From contig JAVKOQ020000038.1 in assembly GCA_031835245.2 (NCBI GenBank), positions 124,001 through 188,000 on the forward strand: a stretch of DNA of 64,000 nucleotides. Direction: 5' to 3'. The DNA comes from Balamuthia mandrillaris. Taxonomy: Eukaryota. The translations under genes and the position numbers were made by a program. The notes under the pieces are model-generated. The model saw only the letters and a list, made by a program, of their open reading frames with translations. It did no database searches and had not been told where the DNA came from. This document shows, piece after piece, positions 42,751 through 56,439 of the stretch (position 1 is the first letter of the stretch; the number at the start of each line of letters is the position of its first letter).

Positions 42751-44043
42751 CTATATTAACCAGGTTAATGTACAAAGGTACGAGGAGTGGAGAGAAAAAA
42801 AAAACGAGGATAAAAGAGAATAGAGAAGGCAGAGCAGAGGAACCTTTTTCGACTGGCTGCGTTTTTGCTGCCACCACCGACGCAGAAAGGAGGCAGTACA
42901 AACCGTTCCCAAGGCCATCCACTTGTTGCCACGAAAGGCCATGCTCACGTCCATCACATTCATGGCGCAGCCGATGGAGGCATCCTTGGCCGTTCCCAGG
43001 TTGGTAACGCCATGCCACACAAACGCAGGAATGTAAAGCAGGTCACCAGGTTCCAACACCACTCTCCAACCTTGCGCCATTCCAAACGCTTTGAAGGATG
43101 GCTTCTTGTTGTTTCGGCTCTCTTCCTTATCCTGCTTCTGCCCTTCGAGGAGAGTGCGAGGGTCGTGAATGATGGACATGTAGGCGATGTTGTTCCGTCC
43201 GCGAGGCAACGGGTAGAGGTAAGGAGCCTGGTCCGAAGGGAAGAGCAGCCATTCCTTCCTGCCCTCAACCTGCAAGTAGAGGTTGGAGGCAGCATCCGCG
43301 TGGATGCGAGTGTGGCTGACGGCGCCACCCCCGCCGATGAACAGCAATGCAGAGAGCTCACCCCAGTGCCAACCTTCCGTGCCTCTCATCCGGTCGATCA
43401 GTTCCATGTTAAGGTCTTTACGGAAGCGGTGAGGGTCGGTTTGGTGTTCTTCTCCGTCCTCTTGTTGAAAGAGCTCGTGCACACTTTTGGCATTGGAGGG
43501 GATGCCTCGTTGAATGCGATCATGAAGCTCTCTCAGAGTTATGTTCTCCGTAAGAGGAGGAAGGGAGGAAGAGCCCTTTTTGCCAGCATCTGCAGAAGCT
43601 GAGGAAGAAGTAGTGTTGTAGGTGTGAACCAAGAGTTGAGTTTCGGCGGAGCGTGGGTCATGCGCAAAGGCCTCGAGCGACCATTTGCCTATGGCAGGCC
43701 AGGAGTGGCCGCTTCTGTGGATGCCACGAATGACCACCGGTCGTTGTGGCAGGAAGTAGTCCCGTTTGAAACGCTCTGGGCCGAGTCGCTGAAACTGTTC
43801 GGCGGAGAGCTCAGGAAGAGCCTTCAAATGGGAGATGATCTTTTTCTCGTTGTTGGCTGCAGAGCGGTGGCCCAAAGAATCAGCCACAGCAAAGAGCCAG
43901 TGGGTGAGGAACGTAAACCCTTTCACCTCGTGCAAGTGTAGGATGTGCAAAATGAACAAGAACCACCAGAGGCCTCGTAACAACCAAGACAAACCGCCGC
44001 CGCCACCACAGTGGCAGTGCTCTTTGTCACTCTTGTCTTTCAT
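42751..44043 (-). CDS. JmjC / cupin-like 2-oxoglutarate oxygenase (3' end probably spliced)
   Basis: RPVVIRG, WPAIGKWS, LFIG...TRIHAD, QVEGRKEWLLFP, LEPGDLLYIPAFVWHGV (HxD...H). Confidence 0.85.
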   Translation of the reverse strand: MKDKSDKEHCHCGGGGGLSWLLRGLWWFLFILHILHLHEVKGFTFLTHWLFAVADSLGHRSAANNEKKIISHLKALPELSAEQFQRLGPERFKRDYFLPQRPVVIRGIHRSGHSWPAIGKWSLEAFAHDPRSAETQLLVHTYNTTSSSASADAGKKGSSSLPPLTENITLRELHDRIQRGIPSNAKSVHELFQQEDGEEHQTDPHRFRKDLNMELIDRMRGTEGWHWGELSALLFIGGGGAVSHTRIHADAASNLYLQVEGRKEWLLFPSDQAPYLYPLPRGRNNIAYMSIIHDPRTLLEGQKQDKEESRNNKKPSFKAFGMAQGWRVVLEPGDLLYIPAFVWHGVTNLGTAKDASIGCAMNVMDVSMAFRGNKWMALGTVCTASFLRRWWQQKRSQSKKVPLLCLLYSLLSSFFFSLHSSYLCTLTWLI

Positions 44044-44094
44044 TTTTGTTATCGGCTTTGCTCTTCTTTGTACTTCTTACAGCTCTGACTGCGA

Positions 44095-44698
44095 AGAGGA
44101 GAGAGGAGAGAGGAGAGAGGAGAGGGGAGAGAGGAGAGAGGAGAGAGGAGAGAGGAGAGAGGAGAGAGGAGAGAGGAGAGGAGAGAGCAGAGGAGAGAGG
44201 AGAGAGGAGAGAAGAGAGGAGAGAGCAGAGGAGAGAGGAGAGAGCAGAGAGAGAGAGAGCAGAGAGGAGAGAGGAGAGAGCAGAGGAGAGAGGAGAGCAG
44301 AGAGGAGAGAGAGGAAGAGAGAGAGGAGAGAGGAGAGAGCAGAGAGCAGAGAGGAGAGAGGAGAGAGGAGAGAGGGAGAGAGGGAGAGAGGAGAGAGGGG
44401 AGAGAGGAGAGGGAGAGAGGAGAGAGGAGAGAGGAGAGAGGAGAGAGAGAGCAGAGAGCAGAGAGCAGAGAGCAGAGAGCAGAGAGCAGAGAGCAGAGAG
44501 GAGAGAGCAGAGAGCAGAGAGCAGAGAGCAGAGAGCAGAGAGCAGAGAGCAGAGAGCAGAGAGCAGAGAGCAGAGAGGAGAGAGGAGAGAGGAGAGGAGA
44601 GAGAGGAGAGAGGAGAGAGGAGAGAGGAGAGAGCAGAGAGCAGAGAGCAGAGAGCAGAGAGCAGAGAGCAGAGAGCAGAGAGCAGAGAGCAGAGAGCA
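44095..44698. repeat. ~600-bp purine-rich compound satellite (GAGAG/GAGAGGA and GAGAGCA units)
   Basis: Visible directly; generates spurious ORFs in all frames. Confidence 0.95.
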
Positions 44699-44739
44699 AA
44701 GCGGACAGAAGAGGAAAAAAAAATAGTATACAACAGTTG

Positions 44740-47700
44740 TTATGTGAGTACAACGCTCAATGAAGGTAATTCCTTGGCCACAAGTTCCACGAATGCTGCA
44801 TCCTCCTTCTCGTTCCCTGTCCCTGCTCCATCCGCATGCAGCCCTCTCAGCTTCTTGGTATGCTTCTTCAACAATGCCACCAGCTGTCTCTCTCCCTCCA
44901 AGTTGCCGCACGCACAAATGCCACTGCATCCGCAAATAGAGAGCGCCTCCAGAGAATGCTTTCCGCAAGCACTCAACAGGGCAGTTAAACCCTGTTTGCT
45001 TAGATTGTCGCAGCCATCCAACCTCAACTTTTTTACCCCTTTCAACAATCCCATCAGCCCCTCTTTCTCCATGTCCAAGAAAAGCTTATCTGTGAGCTTA
45101 TGGCACCCTGCAAGGTGCAACTCTGTCAGAGAGCGCACCAAACCGCCATTGCCAAGAGCTTGCAACAGTGAGAGAACGGAATGGTCTGAGAGAAGATTGC
45201 AGGTTGACAAGTCGATCCGTTGGATGGAGATACCAGTGCTGTGGCGCGCTCCTTCTGGATGTATGAACAGGGAAGGCACTTGGGAGAGAGCTGCTTCCGT
45301 CAGGATGTCATATGCTCCGTTTAAATCCAACTTAGTCCAAACAGCTGCATCTTCTTGCTGTTCGTCTTTCTTGATTTTGTTCTTCTTTTGTTTGCGGTTC
45401 TTATTGTCGTTGAGGAAGCAAGTGGGCGAAGTAGACTCAAGAATGATGCTGCGCAGCAAACCAGCCATGAAAGGGCTGATGGCAGCCATTCGCAGAAGAT
45501 AAGCCATTTCTACTCCTTGCATCATCAGGCTCTCTTTTAGCACGATCATGATGTACTGTTTGGGAGAGGAGTTCGCAGAGTTGAAGATGTCTTCGTAGAA
45601 GAGGGCGGCTTTACCAAAGCCCTCGTTTCTGTGTGGCCGTAGTGATGCGAGTTGGCATGAGACACGAGGAAACCTTACAATAATCTCTTTGTCCACTTCG
45701 TCCAGGACATGCTTGCTTTGCCCTTTCTTCGGCTTTGTCGTTTTCTTCGTTTGTTTCGTTTTTGAGGAGTCGCTAGAATGTTCTTTGTCTTCTTCCGTTT
45801 CCTTTTCTTTTTCTTTCTCGTGTTGCTTGACCTTACGCTTCTGCTGTTCTGCATCTTCAACCCGAAAGAACGAGTGAGTTCTGTGTTGCTTCATCGTAAA
45901 GGCTTTCTGCAAAGCGTTCGCCGCAAACGAAAGGTAGAGAGCGATTTCTTCTCTGTCTGCATCTTTGATTTTCACATGATCGCCATGTTTGCCCACGCCT
46001 CGATTGAGATGAAGTACATCCTTGGGGGCAAGACCAGCCGAAGCGCTTTTGTTGTTCCATGCACTCGAACGAAGAGCAGAGGCAGCGGCAGCGTTCTTGT
46101 TGGTCGTTGTTATTTCATTTTTGTGTGTGGCGGAGGAAGCAGATGAAGATGCGAACGAAGAAGGAAAGACATTTCGTGCATGTCTAGATAGCAAAGCTTG
46201 GGCTAACTCGTGATTACAGACTGCAAAGTGGAACACGGAATTAAAGTCGTCTGAGTTGGAATTCCACGTTTCGAACATCTTGTCTTGTGCTTGTCGCAGT
46301 ATACGCAAGCGTTCTCTGGCCCCTTTATTTGTTTTGGCGTTGTTGTCAGTGGACAGGAAGAAAATGAATGGGAAGTTAGCAGGGGCAGAGGAGGGAGCCA
46401 ACAAGAAGGCAAGGCAATACCTGTATCAGAGGACAAGGCTTTTAACATTAGCGACTTGCCTTGATAAAACGATATAACTGATGTATGCTTCACACGAGCG
46501 TCCAGACCTTCCACATCCGAGTCTACCCAGACGAAGTTATATCGGTCATCACTAAAAATCATGGTTAGCATCCTGAAGGGATGAAAATGGAAGACAAAGG
46601 AGAATACCTTTCGATGAATTCTTGCCAAGTTCCAGGATGAATGCGAATGGAAAGGCTGGAAATCAGGCGAACAAACAACCACTTGAAGAAGATGTGTTCG
46701 TGAATTACACACCGCTCATGTTGTTCTCCGGGACTCAAAGCTTCTTTTCCAAACTTTGCTAACAATCTATGTTTCAGCGATGGTTGTCCATGCAAATATG
46801 GTCCTAATGATGGATACTTTGCAAGAACAGAAGATGTTGACGATTGTGCGTCGGTTGTCTCCACCAGTTGAGTGGCATCAAAGGAAGAAGATAGACAGCT
46901 CCACCACTCAACAGAGAATTTCGTGTCTAACACGAAGTTGAGCAGCTCCACAAGAATGCTGCGCGAGAGAACGTGGGAAGTGCCACTAGATGCTTTGCCC
47001 AGATCTCGTTGTTTGGCCTCAGTCTCGATTTGTTGGCGGAAGCAGGAACGCACCATCACTTTGAGCACTCTGGCTACCATCTCTGACAACAAGATCTTGC
47101 GAGGATAGGAGTTGGTACAGCAAGAACGAAGCACACCCGCGTGACGTATGTTTATTCCATGTCTGATTTGGAGGTGAAGAAAAGTCAGCAGAGGAAGAGG
47201 ATAGGAGAGCAAAGAGCGCACGAAAAGAGGAGTTAATAAAGCGAAGTAGATAAAGAAGAGCAGATAAAGAAAGGAGGCCAATACCTGTGCATTTCGCTCA
47301 CATAGAACTCATCCCGAACATCCACCCTGTCATCTAGTTTACGAGCAAAAGCAGGAATAACGGTCTGGTGGAGAAACGTTGTAGCTTCTCGTAATTCCCT
47401 ATTGTGAATTGAGCGCGCAGAATCGCAAGCCTGCCACCCAGAAAATGCATCAGGCGATAGTGGTTTAGAGTAAGCGTGCACAAACTCTGGTCTGTGCCCA
47501 ACAAAAGTAAGCAACAAAACGACAAATTTAAAAACTAAAACGTTAATAAAAGTAAGGACAACCGGAAATGTTTGTAAAAGATTGCTCTTGTATCTTTATC
47601 CCTAAAGTTGTCAAAAGAAAAGGAAAAGCGTTTGTTAAAACTAACAAACAAACTATCAAGTAAACATTTAGGACACACCCTTGTTTTGGCGCTTCTGGCG

Positions 47701-47881
47701 GATAACACCTAAGTGGAGAATCGTGGTTAGGGCAAGAACCTTTTGCGTCTAGATAGAGGGATAGCACCTTCCAAAGTCAAGCACATAATGGAGGTTGTCC
47801 TGTCCTAAATGACCTTCTAAATCTCCTGTATTTTTGGAAGTTGCTCGCATTAGTAAGGTAGAATAAACATGCAGAGCATAA

Positions 47882-47927
<46 letters not shown>

Positions 47928-49512
47928 ATGTCATAACTTAAAAGAGAGAAGTGTACCTGGACCGTATAATGTTGCGTAGTTGACTATATGAGGTTTGAGG
48001 TTGAGACGTTTGGCTACCTTTTTCACCTTGTTGTAAAGTGCTGCGTCATTGTTATGAACAGTACGACCTCCATCGTCAGAACCAAGCCGCAATGTCTCCC
48101 CGTTGATTGGCAACATTGTTATAGCCATCAACCGGTATCCTTAAATGGATTGATAAAGAAAAATAAGTACAAGAAGAAGAAGACGCAAGAAAGAAAGAAA
48201 CGGCAAGAAAGAGAGAAAGAAACGACAAGAAAGAAGGAAAGCAAGCAAAAATAGTTAAACGGCAAGATAGAAGTAATATCATGGAGAGGTTTGGAGAAAG
48301 GACTACCAAGATAATCAATGAGAGCAAGGAGCGGGAAATGCAAGTCAACATCTTGTGAGGCAGACATAAACCGAGAAATGCCTCGAAGCTCGTTGCCAGC
48401 AGCCTTCATGGCAGCCTCGTCATTTGCGCCGTCCGCACCACCATACATCCACATTGGCCGTGTTATTGGCAACATCGTGTCTGTCGCGTACTTGAATAAT
48501 ATTCTTTGTGCTTGAGTGGTTAGTGTTGTTTCAAAAAAAATGATGGTGTACAAACCCTCTGTAAATGAACTTCTCGCCACCGGCCTGACCACCAAGACTC
48601 TGAGGTTTTATAATTTTCTCAGCCACTGGTAAATGTCTTTCCAGGATGATGATCTTTCCTTTGGTTTTGTTGTTAAACATGTAAGAAGAGGAAGCAAGGC
48701 TTCCCAAGAAGCACAAGGAAGAAGAAGAAGAAGAAGAAAGAAGAAGAAGAACAAGAACTAGAGCAAGAACAAGAACAAGAACAAGAACAAGAAGGATAAG
48801 AAGAAAGAAGAAAGCGAAGCCAGCAGAAACACAAACCAAAAGTCTCTGCCAGATGAACAAAGTCTCTGGCGAATTGAGCCAAGGCTTCATACTTGAGCAC
48901 ATTGTCAGACAACGCCATCAACTTTTGGAACCTGCGGTTGTCAGCCAGGGCCGTCGTGCGCTGAGCCAGTTTCCATTTAGTGCCCATTACGTCCAGCGAC
49001 GCCTCCAGGTGCTGAAGAAGAAAGTGAGCAGAGGAGGAGGAGCCGGCAGTTGATGAGCCTTCTCCCTTTCCTCCAGAGGACAAAAAATGTAGCAGCGCTG
49101 CTTTCAACGTCTCTGCCTCTGTCTTTTCCAGGTTGTCAAGGCGTGGTATCTTCTGGGGTGTACTCGCTGAGTTTGATTGGTGTTCTTGTTCTTGTTCTTG
49201 TTGTTGTGTTTTCGGTGGTTCGGGTTCCTCTAATACTTCCACGTAGCAAAAGTCACTGGCTTCACTCTCCTCGCTTTCTGTGGGCGAGTGCGGTGGCGCT
49301 TCGCTTTCGGCGAGGTAGTAGCAGTATTGGCTCGGCCTTTTGGGGCTGGAAGCCCCTGCGGACGGAACAGACAGGCACCGCTTCAGCTCTTCATCCCCCA
49401 TGTACATGATACCCGCATTTTCCTCTGTTTGTTCTTCCTCCTCCTCTTCCACCGCCTCTTCGACGAGATAGTAGGGTGCCTCACCGCCACCGCCACGGCC
49501 TGCCGCTTGCAT
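44740..49512 (-). CDS. CLU-domain protein with C-terminal leucine-rich repeats, multi-exon
   Basis: DFVHLAETF-GKIIILE, GGQAGGEK, AAMKAAGNELRG, PLLALIDY, DLEGH...YVLDFGR..PPE, RPEFV, HGINIRH; LRRs IDLSTCNLLSD, LHLAGCHKLTD. Confidence 0.8.
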
Positions 49513-49787
49513 AGTGCATTACCTTCAACAATATTGTCGACAAATGGATGTCATCACAATGCAAAGATTCAAAAATTGTTTGCATTCTTTTGTATTTTCC
49601 TCTTCGTGCTCATCAACTGTTGGCCTGCTGCACCAAGTGAGCAATAATATTGTAGACCAACAAAGAATTCTAAAAATGCGCAAGTTTCAAATTGTTCGCA
49701 TTCTTTGCATGCTTCGAACCCCGAAATTTCAACCACAAACAAAAGGAAGAACGAAAGGAAGAGAAAGAGAAGGACGGAGGAGGAATG

Positions 49788-50726
49788 CAGCTGGCCTCTC
49801 GTCCGCTCCTGCAGAACGCCCGTTTTGTGCATGGCGTGCCTCTGCAAGAGGACTCTGATGCTCGAGCGCCTGTTTTGCCACGAATTGCGGAGGGCTTGCC
49901 TCTGGAACCCACAACAACGCTCATCCCCTTACCGGAGTATGTTTTTTTTTCCCCTTTTTTTTGTGGACCTGAATGTATTCATTCATCCTCCCTCTGACCC
50001 TCTCTTTTTTTTGTGAACCCCTTACATTCGCTCAACAGACCTAGCACAGCCTCTTTGGTCTTTCAAGGGGTGCGCCAAGATCCTGAGGTATTGATCTCCA
50101 TCCACCAAGCCTTGCAACGGCAAAGCCAAACCTCCAACCTGCCTGCCGCCGCTCAACGCCTGCGCTGCCGTAGCACGGCCACCCGTATCGTTTCCTCGTC
50201 TTACAATCCACGTGTTGCTGCGAGCGCTTCAGAGGAAAGCAAACGAGAGCAGCAACGACTACCACTTCACCGCTACTCGATCCCTCTGAGCAGCAGGTGC
50301 TCACCTCCAAATGAAGATGATGACGAGGAGGAAGAAGAGGACAACGACGACAAGACGGCTTCTTCTTCTCTTCGTTCCGAAATGATAGCACCTTCTTTCA
50401 AACGACGACAACAACCATTGCACCACATAATCCAAGACCAGCAGGACGATGGAAACCAAGTCACTGAACATAGCACAACGCCAAACCAGCTCGCTATTGG
50501 CAATCCGCCATCACAATCGTTGGCATCGTTCTCCTCCTCCTCCTCCTCCTCCTCCTCCTCCTCCAGGGCTGCAGCCGTGATTTCCACTTTGCAGCGAGTG
50601 AAACCCTATTTGAAACGGCTCTTTGTGCATGATTGGCCCAGGGTGATAGTGCTGGCCCTCTTCCAACCCCACCCCCCCTGGACTGAGAACAGCATCGAGG
50701 ACATTTTCTTCTGTGGAAGTTACTAG
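49788..50726 (+). CDS. Hypothetical low-complexity protein (2 exons)
   Basis: Two host-like ORF segments separated by a GT-AG pyrimidine-rich intron. Confidence 0.4.
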
Positions 50727-50757
50727 GCGAGAACATGTAATGTTGTACATACTTTTA

Positions 50758-51420
50758 TTATGTCTTTTCCTTTTGTTGTTTCTGGTTCTCATGCCGCCTG
50801 GGGAACGGTTCCTCGTGCTCTCGCTGTATTCGTCTGGAATGCATGATCCTGCAAGGCACCATTGATGAGAAGGCCCACGCAGGGCTCTGCCCTTGCAGCG
50901 TGACGTTGGTTTTTGGCATCTGCTCTCCGTTTGCCGACAGTTGAACTCGGGTGGAAGAACGTGGAAGTGAACGTCCCTCGCCTCCAACAAGGATTGGCGG
51001 AAGCTCGGTTGGTCCATCAGCCGTTTGGTGGGCCGACCTGAAGCATCGGCAGATGTTGATCACATGGTTGAAAGCCTCGTGGCACCAGCCAGTGCCAAAG
51101 AGTGCAGCACCGTAGTCCTCAGTGACCATTGTAAAGTTTTGTTGGTTGCTGTTGGCTCTCATAGACAACACAAAGGGGAAAAAAAAAAGGTGGGCACAAT
51201 GAAGCGAGACTGAGCTGCATACAAACGTGAGTGGCGAGCAAAAAAGAAAAGAGAAAGAGAGGAGAAGGAACAGCAGCGACTGAAAAAAAAGGCGAGAACA
51301 AAAGAATGCTTCAGACCGTCGTTGCCTATCCAAAGCACCTTCCACCCAAGACCAACGACAGGAGGCTGAAAATGAAACCAGGCCTTGCTCTTTAACCTCA
51401 CCCTCTTCACCCTCAGTTTC
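50758..51420 (-). pseudogene. Degenerate third glycosyltransferase paralog with internal deletion
   Basis: NFTMVTEDYGAALF..GWC.EAFNHVINI jumps to DQPSFR..LPPEF and VPCRIMHSRRIQRE with frameshifts; DxD core missing. Confidence 0.75.
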
Positions 51421-51422
51421 AC

Positions 51423-51425
<3 letters not shown>

Positions 51426-51453
<28 letters not shown>

Positions 51454-51641
51454 CTCGCCCTCGCCCTCGCCCTCGCCCTCGCCCTCGCCCTCGCCCTCGC
51501 CCTCGCCCTCGCCCTCGCCCTCGCCCTCGCCCTCGCCCTGCCCTCGCCCTCGCCCTCGCCCTCGCCCTCGCCCTCGCCCTCGCCCTCGCCCTCGCCCTCG
51601 CCCTCGCCCTCGCCCTCGCCCTCGCCCTCGCCCTCGCCCTC
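51426..51641. repeat. (GCCCTC)n hexamer tandem repeat, about 35 units with one phase break
   Basis: Visible directly. Confidence 0.95.
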
Positions 51642-52351
51642 AAAGGAACAGTGCCAGCTCCAGAAAGAAAAACGACGAAAGCAGAAGGCTAAGAGCCAAA
51701 GGCGTCAACGAGCTCAGCAACAACAAGAAAAGGAGGAACAAGAAGCCAAGACACGGCGAAAAAGGCAGCTCCAGAAAGAAAGAAAGCAACGCCACCGAAA
51801 CAAGTGCCTAAAAGAAGAGGAGGAAAAGAATGCTCAGCAAAAGAAAGCTGCTGAGTCACTGAGCTCTTTGCTTACCTCCTCCTCTTCTTTAACCATACCT
51901 TCGTTTGCACTCCCTGCCTTGCTTCGTCACTCACCAGCAGGCTTCTTCAGCATCCCAGCATGTATGGTACCCTCCTTCTTGAGCCACTCGCCAACAACTT
52001 TTTTTTGTCAACCTCTTCACTGACCTCTTCGCCGACCTCCTCTTTGCTGACCTCTTCGCCAACCTCCTCTTCACCAAGCTCCTCATCAAGGCCTACACCA
52101 AAATCAAGTTGAATGGAAACAGATTTATAGTAGATGTAAACTGTTGGATAGAGGCGGTACAAAAGCGATGTGAGGAAGAAGAAGGGCCGTGTAGTGGAAC
52201 CCAGGAAGCCATAGAAATAAAGCAAGTGGGAGAATGCATAATTACAATGACGGAATGTACTATATGTTCAAGCAGAACAACTTACTCGAATGTGGTCTGT
52301 GGCCCCATGCAATCACGCAGTGAATATCGTGTCGTCCTTACGTTTTGCTTT

Positions 52352-52408
<57 letters not shown>

Positions 52409-52478
52409 CAGCGCCGCCAAGAACCTTGTAGAGACGCGATTTGTAGTAAAGTTTAAGATGTTTGCTTTTCACGTTTTC
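52409..52478 (-). pseudogene. Inverted casein kinase 1 exon
   Basis: ag|ENVKSKHLKLYYKSRLYKVLGGA+G|gt; phase matches the plus-strand exon at 52747. Confidence 0.75.
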
Positions 52479-52635
52479 CTAGTGAACAAAAAAATGTGAG
52501 CAGCGGGTGATGTGCATTTTTTTCTTGCTTCAAGACTGTCTCTCTGTCTCTCTGTCTCTTCTCTCTCTCTCCCTCTCTTTCCTCTCCCCCTTCTCCCTAT
52601 CGTCTGTCTTTCTCTCTGTCTCTCTATCTCTCTGA

Positions 52636-52673
<38 letters not shown>

Positions 52674-52746
52674 TGGCGCTTTCTCATGTGTTCTTTCTTT
52701 TCTTTTCTTTCTTATTCTTTTCTCTTCGTTTTTACTCGATTTTAGT

Positions 52747-52914
52747 GGGTTTTCCGTATGTGCAATGGTATGGAGTGGAAGGAGAGTACAATGTGATGGT
52801 GATGGACCTGTTGGGACCCAGTCTGGAGGACCTCTTTAACTACTGTGATCAAAAGTTCTCTCTGAAAACTGTGCTTATGCTTGCTGATCAATTGGTTTCT
52901 ATCTTCTTGTTCTC

Positions 52915-52951
<37 letters not shown>

Positions 52952-54398
52952 GCTCTCTCTCGTTTATTCTCCATGCGTATACTTACTCTTTTACAACAAC
53001 TCAACGAATCGGACTGCAACCAAAGCTGTTAAGGATAGAATACTTTCATAGCAAAGGCTTTATTCATAGAGATATCAAACCTGACAACTTTTTGGTACTT
53101 TTCTTTCCTTTTCTTAAGCAGAAGAATAAGAAGGAAAGAAGAAGAACAACAACAAGAACAAGAAAAAGCAACAAAAAGGTCACTTACTTTGGTTTTTGTT
53201 AACCCTTTATTCACTCTTTAAAAAAAAAAGTTGGGTCGAGGCAATAATGTGGTTTTCATTATTGACTTTGGATTGGCAAAGAAGTTCAGAGACTTGCAGA
53301 CACTTGTACACATTCCCTATCGTGAACGTAAAGGGCTCACCGGCACTGCCCATTATGCAAGTATCAATACCCATCTGGGCATTTGTTAGTTTTTTATCCT
53401 TTTAAATGCTTCTTTGCTTCTTTCTTTGTTCTTTTAGTGAACTAGTATAATTCTTCATTGTTTTTTTTAAATGAACTAACTTCTTCATTTTAACTTTTCT
53501 TTTCATTATTATGCTACTATGCATTTAAAAGAACAAAGCAAGAGAAATGATTTAGAGGCAATAGGATATGTATTGCTTTATTTTTTGAGGGGCAATTTGC
53601 CGTGGCAAGGCTTTAAAGGGGCCAACAAAAAGGAGAAATATGAACGAATCAGCAAATGGAAGATACTTACTTCTGTGGAAGCTCTTTGCCAGGGGTGTCC
53701 TGGTTAGTTTCTGTTCTCTTCTCTCAAGCTTCTGTATTTCACTATTGTGAGGTTTATGGCTTGTAAAACTAACTGTGATATAGCTGAATTTGCAACATAT
53801 TTGAACTATACTCACTTGTTGCATTTTGCTGGCGAACCCAACTATGCCTATCTGCAGAAGATCTTCAGAGAACTTTTTATACAACAAGGATATGAGTATG
53901 ACAGCAACTATGATTGGGTGCATGAGGAACGCAATTTACCCACCACCAAGCTGACGCCAGAAGTATGTTCTTTTCATCTTCCACTTCCTATCTCCCTTAT
54001 TCTTATTTCTTGTTTCAGACCTATATCTTCCTTTTCATTCTTCTTTCTATTCTTTTAAAAAACCAAAAACTCACTAACGAGTAAAGTTAGGAAATAAGTA
54101 ATCAGGCAACAAGAGGATCTCCAGAACCACGTGCACCAGCAAACTTTAAGTCCCAAGAGGGGGAGGAGGTGCTAAGGCTAGAGCAAGAGGAGGAGCAGTC
54201 GGAACTCAAAACAACGTGTCCACCACAAAAGTTATCAAATATGGAAGCAGAGGAGATGAAGAGAACATCACCAGTACATCCCCAGCAACAACAACTTTAG
54301 CGACAGGAGAAGGAAGCAGAAGAACGACAGCTTCTGTTGGTTCTGGAGCAAAAAGCACTTGGAGCTTTAGGAGGGATGATAATTTTGTTCCATGCTAA
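52747..54398 (+). pseudogene. CK1: Casein kinase 1 family gene lacking N-terminal exons
   Basis: [60 protein letters not shown]; no Gly-rich loop or VAIK exon seen upstream. Confidence 0.75.
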
Positions 54399-54768
54399 TC
54401 CAAATCATGAACAGGTGTAGCTCCATTTTCTCGTTTCTCTTTGCTTATCTCCCTTCTTTTCTCTTTCCCATCCCTTCGTTTTTGATAACCAACAGGACAA
54501 GGATTAAGTTTAAACAAAACTGTGTTATCTTCCTGAACTTTTATTTGTTGACACATTCACTTTGCTGAGTCCTTTCATTGTTCTTTTGTCCTCTCTCTTT
54601 CTCTCTTCGTTCTCTTTTCTCTGTTCTTCTCCTGATATGTCAATTTCTCTCAAAAGGCAAATATGTGCTGTCAACTTCTCTTCCACTATAGAAGTTCTTG
54701 TGCTTGCTATTCTGAACAAACTATGATGCTAATGCTTTTCTGAAAAATCGACACACAACGCAATGGCA

Positions 54769-54799
<31 letters not shown>

Positions 54800-54844
54800 A
54801 AAAAGAGAAGAGAGAAACAGGGAAGAGCAAAGGGCAAACAGTGA

Positions 54845-54885
<41 letters not shown>

Positions 54886-55524
54886 AAAGAAGAGAAAAGA
54901 AAAAGGTGGAATATCAGCCAGTTCCACAACGCCGCCTTTATAAACTTTTTTTTAATATATACAGGGCAATGCATAGTTTCTTTGATTGATTTCTTGCAGA
55001 AAGCCACTCTTCGAAAGGACGTGCACCGCGTTTAGTAAGTGGAGAGATTGTTCAATTATTCGATGTAACGCTTTGTGCTGAAAAGAACAGACTCACCACC
55101 CCAAGGAAAAAAAAAATAAGAAAAAAAAAACAGAAACAACACCAACATCAGCACCAACCATGAAGAGCAATAGGCAGGTGTACATCCTCCTGGTCTTGCT
55201 TGCTTCACGTTTCTTTTTTACAAATTTGTCTCTTCATCCTCTTCACCTGCTCCCAAGCCATCCAGTTACTTGGAGCTGCAAGAAAACTATCCTGGGAGTT
55301 GTCACCTTGACGCTTTATGAAGGTGGACAACGTGCACCCAGGCTATACCGCCAGCGGCTATGTTTATGCCAAGAAAGCTGTTTACACTTTTGGTAAGGAG
55401 TTGATCAGAGAGACCACACAAAAAAGGAAATAATGAACTAAATTGCGCCAATCAAAAATCAAACAAATCTTCATGTCGACTTGAAACAATATTCAAGTCG
55501 ACATGAAACAAAAAAACCACAAAG

Positions 55525-56393
55525 ATGAACGCAAGAGAGGAGAGCAACAGCAAGGACAAAGCAAAGGTGTTGGTCACAGGGGCCACCGGCTTCGTGGGCA
55601 AACAGCTCCTTCATCGGCTGCTCCAAGAGGATCGCTTTCAGCCGATCGCCTTTGTGCGTCCCTCCAGCAACACTCGATCTCTACCCAAAGGTTTGCTCTC
55701 TTTCTTTCCTTCCTCATCTGCAGCTGATCACAAGAACAAAAAAAAGGAGTGGAGATTCGTGAAGGGAGCCTCTTTGAGCATGGTTCGTTGCGCGAGGCGG
55801 TTCGTGATGTGGCGGCGGTGGTGCACTTGGCCGCCATGATGGACTTTTTTCCAAAGCAGGTGGAGCAGGTCTACCGCACCAACGTGGAAGGCACTCGCAA
55901 CCTGTTTCTCGCCTGCGTGGAGGAGAGGAACAGCCGACGAGGCCACCGCTTGGGCTCTTGTAAGAAAGCCAAAGAAAACGAGATGACCCATGCCGCCAGT
56001 GCCGACTCTGAGGAGACAGAGGAGGGAGACCTCCGCTTCATTTATATTTCCTCCACCGAAGGTTTTCTTTCCTTCTTTCTTTGTACTTTTCTTCACGTTG
56101 CTTCTATTGTCATTTCTTGCTCGAAGTTTTTCTCTCTTCTCTCTCTCTCTCTCTCTCTCGCTTTCGTGGTCTGTCTCATATATGACGTTTATTAACTTGT
56201 GGACGCACAGCAATGGGTGCCGTTGAAAGTCCACCGGCTGATGAGACGACTGAACTGAGACCAACTTCGGACTATGGGCGCAGTAAGGTCCTCGCTGAGC
56301 AGATAGTGAAGGAACTCTCCGACAAACACAAGTTACCCCACATCATTTTGCGTCCCACTGGTAAATCTCTTCTCTTCTTCTTTGCTTCACCTA

Positions 56394-56439
<46 letters not shown>

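Noticed and set aside
43835..45502. Long ORFs in several frames (ERRE/LLSAL repeats)
   Set aside because: Products of the stop-free GA-rich satellite and antisense of real genes.
51385..52023. ALAL/PSPS/RARA ORFs
   Set aside because: Translation of the (GCCCTC)n repeat.
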